Shown here: one piece after another, positions 9,403 to 18,700 of the stretch
Numbering within the stretch: position 1 is the stretch's first letter
Layout of the letters: each line of letters begins with the position of its first letter
Origin: a virus
IMG/VR virus record: IMGVR_UViG_3300028131_000005
Coordinates: 1 to 64,000 of that record
DNA length: 64,000 nucleotides
Direction: 5' to 3' (one strand)
The notes under the pieces: model-generated
The model's database searches: none
What the model saw: the letters and a program-made list of their open reading frames with translations, nothing else
Told to the model about the DNA's origin: nothing
Made by a program: the position numbers and the translations under genes

Positions 9403-11209
9403 TAACGTTTGGATTCCAAAGGAAACGGGCCAAGCAACTTCAGAAAGACTTGTTTGGTCAACTAAAAAAATCAATGATTTAGAAATTGCGCTTGACCAGG
9501 GTTATAAGCCACAAGTTAAGATGCCTTTCTATGAAGGAAAGCAATTTTTAAGAAGGGGTAATATTGTATTTGAATACACTGATGAAGAGATTCAAGAGCT
9601 GGCTAGATGTGCGTCAGATATTGTATATTTTGCAGAAAAGTATGCAGTTGTTCTTACTGATGAGGGAATCCAGCAAGTAAAGTTGAGAGACTATCAAAAA
9701 GATATGTTGAGAAACTTTCAAAACAATAGATTTAATATATGTTTAGCAGCCCGTCAGATGGGTAAAACAGTTATGGCCAGTATTTTTAATGCATGGTTCT
9801 TAACATTCAACACAGATAAAAACACACTGTTATTAGCAAACAAATCTGATACAACAAAAGAAATTATCGATAAAGCAAAGGTTGTTATAGAAAATCTTCC
9901 ATTCTTTATGAAACCTGGTATTACGAAATACGACGTAATGAATGTTAAATGTGATAATGGTTGCAGGCTTGTTGGTCAAAGTACAACTGCTAAAGCAGGT
10001 ATTGGTTTTACAATTCACTTACTATTCTTAGATGAGTTTGCACATATACACCCTTCCATAGTTGACGCATTTTATGAAAACGTTTATCCAACGCTTTCTG
10101 CTTCTAAGGTGTCTAGGATTATTATTACAAGTACTCCAAATGGGTTTAATAAGTTTTATAAGATATACAGCGCAGCAGAACGTGGTGATAACGAATATCA
10201 TCCGATGAGAATAGATTGGTGGCAACACCCTGATAGAGACGATGCTTGGTATAAAAGAGAACTTGGTAACTTAGGAACTGTCGAGGCTTTTAACAGACAA
10301 TATGGAAATGAATTTGTAAGTTCATCAAATCTTCTTTTAGACCCAGGTTCTATGAAGAAGATGAGAAGTTCAATGAAAGAATATGTTCATCATGATTTTG
10401 ATTGTTTTACAGACAATCATATAGATATAAAAGGCTTTTTAAGTTGGCATCCAGGATTTGATGTTGAAACTTTAGGAGATAAAGATAAATATTGGCTATT
10501 AACAGTTGATATTGCTGAAGGAAACGGAGGAGACTATTCCATTATTAATATATTTAGAGTCGATCCAATGACTAAGAAGCAAATAGAAAATGTTGTAACA
10601 CCAGGAGCAATGTATGATTTCTTTAAGTTAAATCAAGTCGGTGTTTTCAGAAGCAATGAACATATTATTGAAGATTTTTCAAAAATACTTTATTTAATAG
10701 GAGTAGAATTACTATATAATGAAAATACCAAAATGATTATAGAATTCAACACTTATGGTGCGGTTCTTTTAAAATATCTACAAACAGTATTTCCTAGAAC
10801 AAATGATTTTGATGAAGAGATGATTTTAAGATTTAAACATAGACATGATAGTAAAGGTTTAAAACATGGAATAAAGATAAAAAATGATAATAAGCCAATA
10901 TTTTGTCAGAATTTTAAATCTTTATATGAAAATAATAAAATCAATATAACTGAATTTGAAACAACTAATGAGATAAGTCTTTTCGGTACTTTACCTTCAG
11001 GAAACTATGGTGCTCAGATGGGTCATGATGACCTTGCAATGTCAAGTATTATAGCAACAGAATTTTTTAATACCACGGCATATGCAGATTCTATAGAAGA
11101 AATGCTAGATATAATAGATCCGGATATTCATGATTTCATGGAAATGACTCTATTTAAAGACAATGAAGACCAAGGAGACTTAAATTTTGATATTTATGAC
11201 CTATTATAG
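9395..11209 (+). CDS. terminase large subunit (T4 gp17-like)
   Basis: LRDYQ, ARQMGKT Walker A, FLDEFA Walker B, ITSTPNG, nuclease VDIAEG.GGDYS and HDDLAM. Confidence 0.96.
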   Translation: MSDNVWIPKETGQATSERLVWSTKKINDLEIALDQGYKPQVKMPFYEGKQFLRRGNIVFEYTDEEIQELARCASDIVYFAEKYAVVLTDEGIQQVKLRDYQKDMLRNFQNNRFNICLAARQMGKTVMASIFNAWFLTFNTDKNTLLLANKSDTTKEIIDKAKVVIENLPFFMKPGITKYDVMNVKCDNGCRLVGQSTTAKAGIGFTIHLLFLDEFAHIHPSIVDAFYENVYPTLSASKVSRIIITSTPNGFNKFYKIYSAAERGDNEYHPMRIDWWQHPDRDDAWYKRELGNLGTVEAFNRQYGNEFVSSSNLLLDPGSMKKMRSSMKEYVHHDFDCFTDNHIDIKGFLSWHPGFDVETLGDKDKYWLLTVDIAEGNGGDYSIINIFRVDPMTKKQIENVVTPGAMYDFFKLNQVGVFRSNEHIIEDFSKILYLIGVELLYNENTKMIIEFNTYGAVLLKYLQTVFPRTNDFDEEMILRFKHRHDSKGLKHGIKIKNDNKPIFCQNFKSLYENNKINITEFETTNEISLFGTLPSGNYGAQMGHDDLAMSSIIATEFFNTTAYADSIEEMLDIIDPDIHDFMEMTLFKDNEDQGDLNFDIYDLL

Positions 11210-11268
11210 AATAATCTCCATAACACTAAGATATATACTTTAACAAACTAAAAAAAATAATTTCAATT

Positions 11269-13524
11269 ATGGCACTAAGTCCTCAATTATTGCAATTCAA
11301 ATCTAGTGGTGTTTACCGTCTAGAATTTGATAAGTCTCAAGTATCTAACGTTACTGCAGAGACTATTAGGTTGGTTGCTGGTCACTCTAGAAAAGGACCT
11401 TACAACACACCAGTATATTGCGAAGATACAGAATCTTTTACTCTTATCTTTGGTAATATCGACAAAAAATTAGAAAAGAAGGGAATGTTCTTTCATAGAA
11501 GCTGTTTAGAAGCTCTTAAAAGAGGTCCTATTCTAGCTATGAATTTAGCAGATTTTGATTCAGCTGATAAGGCTGATTACGCTGCAATCGTTACAGATGC
11601 TACAGACTCTACAGCAGCTAGTACAGTTGCAGATAAAGAGTATGAAGATTTTCATAACACTGACAAATTCATGTATCCATCAGATGAAGAAGTTTTAGCT
11701 ACTATTGGTGGTACTGCAACTTCAACTGAAGCATTAAACCTTGTAAATCTTGGACAAGACAATTTATCAATTATCGTAAGACAAGCACAAGATGTTAAAG
11801 CATTCGAAGTAACTGCTAGAGAATGGTACGGAGAAGGAAATCTTCCAGATGGAGTTTCTGAATTTGACTATATTTCAGATTACATGGTAGACGTATTCGT
11901 ATTTAAAGGTAAATTCGATGCATCTGCAATGGATGTTGACCCAGTATATGGAGATTACTTCTCAACAACTGGTTTATTAAAAGACAAATTAAATGATTTC
12001 GCAGATGAAAGATCTGTTTCTTTATTGGCACAATACACTGGTTCAATTTTACCAGGATTCCAAGATTTAGAAGGAAACGGTTTATATTTAGAGCAAATTA
12101 TTAACTCAGAAACTAGAAGAACTGGTTTATTCTGTGCTGTTAATGAAGAAGCAGTAGAAGAAGGAAATTCAAATCTAAAAGGTATTGCAGACAATGCTTC
12201 TGATTTCGAATTATTATCTTATAAGACTTTAGCAGGAGCTAGAGGAATCGATTTTTCAGCAACTGACTTTGTATTTGCTTCAACTGGAGCTACATTTACA
12301 TTTACTTCAGCTGCTGATGATGATTTAGATTTAGAAGTAGGAGATTATATGCCTACTCAAACTGGTAAATTAGCAAGAGTAAATAGAATTTCTCAAGCAG
12401 GTACTGCACCAACAATTTATACTATAACGTGTTCAGAAGCACCAGATAATGGTTTTGACCCAGCTACAGACGTAGCGTTTAAGTCTTTCCATAAAGCAGC
12501 TACAGAATACAGCTTATTTAATCTTGATAAAATTGTAATTTCTGAACAAACTATAGTAGATTGTTTAACAGCATTCTCATCAGGAGGTTTATATTCAGCT
12601 TTAACTGATAGAGATGTTATCGATTTAAGATATATCGTAGATACATTTGGTTCATATGAAGGTGGAGCACTTTTAAATAAAAACGAATTCACAAGAGTTG
12701 CTAAAGCTAGAAAGAACGTATCATGTATCTTAAATGCACCAACTGTTGCAGAATTTAAAAAATCATCAGACCCATCTTTTAAAGATGCATTAACTGGAAA
12801 ATTCAATACTAGATTTATAAAAGACGGTGGAGATTTATCACAAAATCCAACAGGAATCTACGCTTTACCTTCAATTGCAGAAGGAGCTAACTATGGTTTC
12901 TATTATGGACCAGGATTAGAAGTAAGAGAAGCAGGTAAAATTAAAACAGTTGTACCAGCTGCTTACGTATCTAATAACTACATTGATAAATTTACAAATG
13001 CTCTTCCTTGGTCTATCGTATCAGGACCTAGAAGAGGAGTTATCACTGGAACTAACGTTATCGGTGCTGAATATCCATTCGATAAAGATGATAGAGATAA
13101 TTTAGAACCATTTGGAATCAACCCAATCGTATTCGAAAGAGGAGTTGGATTGAACATCAAAGGTAATAAAACTGCACAACAAACTGTAAAATCAGCTTTA
13201 AGTTCTGCTCACGTAAGAGAAGTATTAATCTTCATCGAAAACGGATTAGCAGATATTCTTAAGGATTACTTATTTGAGTTTAACACTGCACAGACTAGAT
13301 TAGAAATTAAAACTCTTGCAGATGCATTCATGGAAGGAGTTTTAGCAGACAGTGGAGTTTATGCATATAATAACGTAATAGACCAAACTAACAATACTAA
13401 CGACGTTATTGATAATAACATCGGTATCCTTGATACATTTGTAGAACCAGTTAAAGGTTTAGAAATTATTGTACATAGAACTACTGTACTTAATACTGGA
13501 GATATAGCTTCAGGTAACTTCTAA
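11269..13524 (+). CDS. contractile tail sheath protein (T4 gp18-like)
   Basis: SSGVYRLEFD N-terminus; C-terminal PWSIVSGPRRG, INPIV, GNKT, VREVL, FEFN, NTNDVID. Confidence 0.92.
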   Translation: MALSPQLLQFKSSGVYRLEFDKSQVSNVTAETIRLVAGHSRKGPYNTPVYCEDTESFTLIFGNIDKKLEKKGMFFHRSCLEALKRGPILAMNLADFDSADKADYAAIVTDATDSTAASTVADKEYEDFHNTDKFMYPSDEEVLATIGGTATSTEALNLVNLGQDNLSIIVRQAQDVKAFEVTAREWYGEGNLPDGVSEFDYISDYMVDVFVFKGKFDASAMDVDPVYGDYFSTTGLLKDKLNDFADERSVSLLAQYTGSILPGFQDLEGNGLYLEQIINSETRRTGLFCAVNEEAVEEGNSNLKGIADNASDFELLSYKTLAGARGIDFSATDFVFASTGATFTFTSAADDDLDLEVGDYMPTQTGKLARVNRISQAGTAPTIYTITCSEAPDNGFDPATDVAFKSFHKAATEYSLFNLDKIVISEQTIVDCLTAFSSGGLYSALTDRDVIDLRYIVDTFGSYEGGALLNKNEFTRVAKARKNVSCILNAPTVAEFKKSSDPSFKDALTGKFNTRFIKDGGDLSQNPTGIYALPSIAEGANYGFYYGPGLEVREAGKIKTVVPAAYVSNNYIDKFTNALPWSIVSGPRRGVITGTNVIGAEYPFDKDDRDNLEPFGINPIVFERGVGLNIKGNKTAQQTVKSALSSAHVREVLIFIENGLADILKDYLFEFNTAQTRLEIKTLADAFMEGVLADSGVYAYNNVIDQTNNTNDVIDNNIGILDTFVEPVKGLEIIVHRTTVLNTGDIASGNF

Positions 13525-13539
13525 AAATAATTAAGATAA

Positions 13540-13567
13540 ATCAGGAAAGACTTCGGTCTTTCCTGAT
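13540..13567 (+). terminator. 12-bp hairpin with cUUCGg tetraloop between sheath and tube genes (terminator or mRNA stabiliser)
   Basis: ATCAGGAAAGAC-TTCG-GTCTTTCCTGAT; weak U-tract. Confidence 0.65.
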
Positions 13568-13622
13568 AAATTTTAAAAAAGAATTAGATATATAAAACAT
13601 AAATAAAAATAAAAATAAAGAA

Positions 13623-14177
13623 ATGGCATTACCACATTATTCAAACGACCAAACTAGCAAGAAAGGTAAGAATTTTGAACCAGTATTAGCGAATATGTTT
13701 GAGGTAACTATTCTTCCACCAGCAGGAGTTGGAGGTCAAGAATTATTAATTCAACATATTAATCAAATATCAGGTTTAGAACTTCATAAAGATTTGGGAA
13801 CAGTAACTCAAAAATTTAAGTGGTCTACAAGGTCTTTCACAGGTGTTCCTGGAGATTCCTTCTTAGACGTTACCGTTAACTTCTCATTAAACTTAAACGA
13901 TGCAAATCAAATGTATCTTTACAAAACAATGAGAGACTGGTACAGATTGGCATATAACCCAGAAACTGGAGAAACAGGTCTTAAAAAAGACTATGTTGGA
14001 CAGATGGTTATTGTTCAATTTAACAGAAAAGGTGATATTTTTAGAAAAATCACATTAGATGATTGTTTCGTTTTCTCACCAATAAATCCTTTGGCTGAAA
14101 ATAACTACGAAACAGGAGACGCACAAGCAATTGACGTTGTTTGGAGAGCTGACAACTGGTCAGAAGAGTTAGCATAA
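13623..14177 (+). CDS. tail tube protein (T4 gp19-like)
   Basis: Follows the sheath gene; W..LAYNPETG.TGLKKDY...IVQFNRKG...C..F pattern. Confidence 0.85.
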   Translation: MALPHYSNDQTSKKGKNFEPVLANMFEVTILPPAGVGGQELLIQHINQISGLELHKDLGTVTQKFKWSTRSFTGVPGDSFLDVTVNFSLNLNDANQMYLYKTMRDWYRLAYNPETGETGLKKDYVGQMVIVQFNRKGDIFRKITLDDCFVFSPINPLAENNYETGDAQAIDVVWRADNWSEELA

Positions 14178-14192
14178 TAACAAACCTATAAG

Positions 14193-14225
14193 AGAGAAGA
14201 CAATATTAATGTCTTCTCTTTTTTT
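14193..14225 (+). terminator. intrinsic terminator
   Basis: AGAGAAGACA...TGTCTTCTCT followed by a T run. Confidence 0.8.
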
Positions 14226-14257
14226 ACACCGAAAACATAATATAATAATATTTTAAT

Positions 14258-14470
14258 ATGTCCAATAAGAAAGATTATTTAGTAGATAAGTTAATTAAAA
14301 AGATACAAGTTTTATTAACAGAGCCGGAGTTTGAGGAGTTAAATAACATAATCTTAAGCGAGGCTTTAAAAAATAAACAAAGACCTAAGTCAGTTAGCGC
14401 TTTTGTTAGAGAGCTAGTTAAAAAAGAAATAAAAAGAATTGATAATATAAACAATTCTGAAACAAAATAA
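14258..14470 (+). CDS. small ribbon-helix-helix-like DNA-binding protein
   Basis: KIQVLL...SVSAFVRELVKKEI pattern. Confidence 0.5.
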   Translation: MSNKKDYLVDKLIKKIQVLLTEPEFEELNNIILSEALKNKQRPKSVSAFVRELVKKEIKRIDNINNSETK

Positions 14471-14505
14471 ATTAAACTAATATAAACCTTAAAAATTCAT
14501 TAAAG

Positions 14506-15519
14506 ATGACGGAAGAAAACAACAATGAAGAATTTGATAAATTCTTAAACAAAAAAGAAGAAGGCAATGGTTTTGATGATACATCAAACCCGGCTTCAAA
14601 TGAAACGAACGAAGCTGCCGAAGAAGTAGACCCTATTGAGGAGGCTATTGAGAAAAAAGGATTAGGTTCTGTAAATATGGCAAATTATGGACGCCAAAGA
14701 GCAGATTCTACCGATACTGTTTTAGGTTATGTACCTTTAGCAATGGAAACTCTTTTTTCTAAAGGTAGATTTTACCCACAAGATGCTAGTATCCATGTTA
14801 GATCTGCTAAAGTAGCAGAAATTAGACATTTTTCAACAATGAACGAAGAGAATATCTTAGACATTGAAGAAAAATTAAACAATATCGTAAAATCTTGTAT
14901 GCGATTTGAATCTAAGTCTAAAAAATTGTCTTATAAAGACCTTATGGAAGAAGACAGAATTGCAGTACTTTTAGCAATTAGAGACCTTACTTTTCCAGAG
15001 CCGGAAAACAAAATCATTGTAAAGGCCGAGAATAGTTATGGTGAATCTAGAGAAGTTGAAGTAGCTACACAAAACTTTACTGCGAATGAAATTCCAGAAG
15101 AGATTGAAAAATACTATGACACGGTTTCAAGATGTTTTAGAATTCAAACTCGTTCTTCTGGTGAAATTCTAATGAGACCCCCATCTATTGGAGTTATGGA
15201 AGAAGTTACTAAGTATATTAGAACTCAACAAGAAACTAAGAAAAGATGGGACCAGGCATTTATTCAAATTTTACCTTATATTCAATTAGACTGGAGAGGT
15301 TTCGGTTCAAAAGAAATCTTTAATAGTGAAATTGAATTCCAGGGTTGGAATGAGAAGAAGTACATGGTAGTATATAGATTAGCAGAAAAAATGAGAATCG
15401 GTGCTCAACCAGAAATGGAAGTAAACATCGAGGGTGAGGACGTTATGGTCCCTCTCGATTTCCCAGGTGGAGTCAAAGGCCTTTTCATTATTTCAGATCT
15501 CGCTGGAGAACTTCTTTAA
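14506..15519 (+). CDS. baseplate hub / tail assembly protein (T4 gp26-like)
   Basis: L.SKGRFY, DLMEEDRIAVLLAIR, ILMRPPSI; lies between tube and tape measure genes. Confidence 0.65.
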   Translation: MTEENNNEEFDKFLNKKEEGNGFDDTSNPASNETNEAAEEVDPIEEAIEKKGLGSVNMANYGRQRADSTDTVLGYVPLAMETLFSKGRFYPQDASIHVRSAKVAEIRHFSTMNEENILDIEEKLNNIVKSCMRFESKSKKLSYKDLMEEDRIAVLLAIRDLTFPEPENKIIVKAENSYGESREVEVATQNFTANEIPEEIEKYYDTVSRCFRIQTRSSGEILMRPPSIGVMEEVTKYIRTQQETKKRWDQAFIQILPYIQLDWRGFGSKEIFNSEIEFQGWNEKKYMVVYRLAEKMRIGAQPEMEVNIEGEDVMVPLDFPGGVKGLFIISDLAGELL

Positions 15520-15766
15520 GGCTAAATTCTATCTGGGTTTCCATTTGCATCTCCAGCCTAGTGAAATCGATGCTCTTGATTTTTATGAATATCAGTATTA
15601 TGTACAAAATCTTACTGAACATCTCAAGAAGCAGAATAAAGAAGAGCAGGAGCAAAACGAACAAATGCAGGAACAGTACAGCACACAAACTCCTAAGGTC
15701 CCCAAAATGAGTGACTATGGAATGAAAATGCCTAAAATGTCTGGTATGAAAATGCCTAAGTTTTAG
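15434..15766 (+). CDS. baseplate hub assembly chaperone (T4 gp51-like); may be translated by +1 frameshift from the upstream ORF
   Basis: SLENFFK..F.L..H...SEIDAL.FYEYQYYV..L resembles gp51; GTG start only, 86 nt overlap in the +1 frame. Confidence 0.55.
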   Translation: MRTLWSLSISQVESKAFSLFQISLENFFKAKFYLGFHLHLQPSEIDALDFYEYQYYVQNLTEHLKKQNKEEQEQNEQMQEQYSTQTPKVPKMSDYGMKMPKMSGMKMPKF

Positions 15767-15794
15767 AGATATATAATAAAAATACTTAAAAACG

Positions 15795-18700
15795 TTGGCA
15801 AAACCATTCGCATCTCCATTCGAGAAATTATCAGGAGATAATCAAAAAGTAATAATTGAACAGCTTTCCCCAGGAGGAGAGCTGTTCAGTTTATTTGAAG
15901 AAATTCTAAAGCAGCTTCAAGGTACTGAAGAGAGAATAGAAAAAGACGAAGCCAAAACTAAAGTAAGTTTATTTGCCGGTTTAACAATGAAAGAGGCCAT
16001 TGCCTGGAAACTTCTAGGTGAAAAAGGTCTTCAAGCGGTAGGTAAAGGTCTAGGTGCTATCGCCGAAGTTATAGATGGTATGCAAACTGGCGGTAAAGAA
16101 GCCAAAGAAAAAATGGATGCTATCGCAACCGGTATCGAAGCTGTAATGGGTATAGCCCCTAAAATTCTTAAATTTGCTATTCTTTTAACACTTGCTCTAC
16201 CTTTCCTTATGGTTGCAATATTGGTAGTTCCACTTGTGGCAGTTCTGATGTTAGGTATTATGTTCGTAATGTCAATACTTAATAAATTAGCTGAAAATTC
16301 AAAAGAAGCCTATAAATCTATGGCTCTTTTAGGAGATGTTGGAGATGCCATTTTTAAATTTGGAGGAATGCTAGCACTTTCATTACTAGTATATCCATTT
16401 GCATTACTCGCATTAGTTGTCGTAATACCAACACTGTTATTAATGTTGGGCGCTCTTACTTTAATAGGGCGTTTAACAGACAAAGAGGCGTTAGAAAAAC
16501 TCAATGGTCTAAAAGATCTTGGGATATCAATACTCTTATTTGGTGCTGCTATAGCTCTAAGTGGGCTTGTATATACGTTCGCACTTCAGGCAATGCCCAT
16601 TGTTTTAGGTGTAATACTTGGATTTGCATTAGTATTCTTTTTATTAGATAAAATAGGTTTTGTAAAATCAGTGAATAAATCTGGTGAAGCATTACAAAAG
16701 GTAGGTATAGCCATATTAGTATTAGGTGCCGCTTTATTTATTTTTGGACTATTATTTCCACCAACAAAAGAAACTTTTCAAACTTTAGGATTTACAATGC
16801 TAGTGCTTGTAGGCGTTGCATTTGCGATGTGGCTAGTTGGAAAAATGTATAAAAAAATGAAAAAAGGTGCAATAGGCTTAGCTCTGACTGGACTTGCCAT
16901 TGTAGTATTAGCATATGCTATTAAAAAATTCCATAAAGCATTACCTCCAAACCCATGGGAATTCTTTGCTCAATTAGGAGTAGCACTTGTAGGTTTAGGT
17001 GTAATAATGTGGGGTTATGGAAAGAAATGGAAAGAAATAGGATACGGAGCACTAGTACTTGCAGGTACTGGAATAGCACTTGCAGTTATGGGATGGGGAG
17101 TTAAATCAATGGCAGACGCCTTAAATAGTACTGGAAATCCTTGGATGTTTATGGCTGAACTTGGAGTATTTCTTGTTGGAATGGGAGTTATGGCAGCCGG
17201 TTGGGGTGCAGCATCTGTATTAATAGGATTAGGAGCCGCAGCAATGGGAGCTACTGGATTAGCATTGAAAGCTGTATCTTTTGGACTTAAAGGCTTTGTA
17301 CCTATATTTGCAGGAAAAGAATGGAAAGCAATGGTAGGTACTCACCATCAATCTAAAGGTATTTTGGGGATGGGTGCAGGACCAGTATCTAATTTTCAAA
17401 CTTTAATGGAAGCAATTGGTTATGGTTTTGCATGGAACCCGATAAACTCTGCTATGATTTTAGCAGGAGCTGTAGCATTAGGTGCTGTTGGTTTAGCATT
17501 GTCACCAATAGCAAAAGGTATAAAAGCAATGATGCCTGTATTTAAAGGAAACGGTTGGAGAGATATGATTTCCACTAAAGGAAACCCAAAATCAGGAGGT
17601 TTTATGGGAATAGGAGCGTCAGCACAAACAAATATTCAACTTTTAATAAATTCATTAGGAGAAGCATTCAAATTTGGTTTCGGTTCTATAAATATTGGAG
17701 CTGGAGCTGCAGCAATGATTGTTGTGGGTAATTCTTTAATAAAAATAGGTAAGGGTATTGCCGATTTCATGAAGCACAAAATAGATAAAAAAGTAGCCAA
17801 AAATATTTCTGTTATGGTAGAGTCTATAGCAGGTGCATTTGGTAGAATTGGTAAAAAATACGGAGGTGCTGGTTTCTTTGGTTTAGGAGCCGGTGCTTTA
17901 TATGATGGTATTCAATCAACAATGGGAATGGGAGAAGCTTTAACAAGTATCGCAAAAGGTATGAAAGCCGTTTCAGTACTTAGATTCCCAACTTATGGAG
18001 ACCCTAATGACCCTGGAAAAATAACTGAGTATATAACAGTTGACAAGGGTGCTATGAATAAAATTTCAGCAAATGTTGCTATGATGGTAGAAAGTCTAGC
18101 AGGCGCATTTGGTAGAGTGGGTAGAATGTTTCCTAATAAACCAAAATCAGGTTTATGGGGTTTCTTAGGAGGAACTGACAACCCTGTAAAAACAGGTATT
18201 CAATCTGTTTCCGGTATGGGTTCTGCACTTGGTGGAATTGCCGAAGGTATGAAATCCTTTTCAACTCTTAAATTTCATAAATATGATGACCCTTCAAAAC
18301 CTGAGAAAATAACAGAGACAATTGATTTAACCAAAGGAGATGTACTTAAAAAAGTAACTGACAATATAGTTATGATGGTTGTTTCTTTAGCAGGAGGTTT
18401 TGCAACAATAGGTAGAAGATATCCAAAGAAAAAACACAAGGGCTTCTTTGGTACAACTTATACGACTACAGGTCCGGTAGGTGTTGGTATCGAGCAATCT
18501 TCTGGTATGGGTGGAGTTGTTGCTGGAATTGGTGCGGGCTTAAAAGACTTTTCAACACTTAAATTCCCAGTATATGAAGGAACTAAAATCAAAGAATATA
18601 TTGATTTAACAAAAGGAAATGTTCTTAAGAAAGTAACTGCAAACATCGTAGATATGATTTTATCACTTGCTACTGGTTTTGGTAATGTTGCTAGAAGATT

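Noticed and set aside
9395-11209. Intein or intron in the terminase or other core genes
   Set aside because: Lengths are near normal, and I saw no C...HN intein ends, homing endonuclease motifs or frame breaks.
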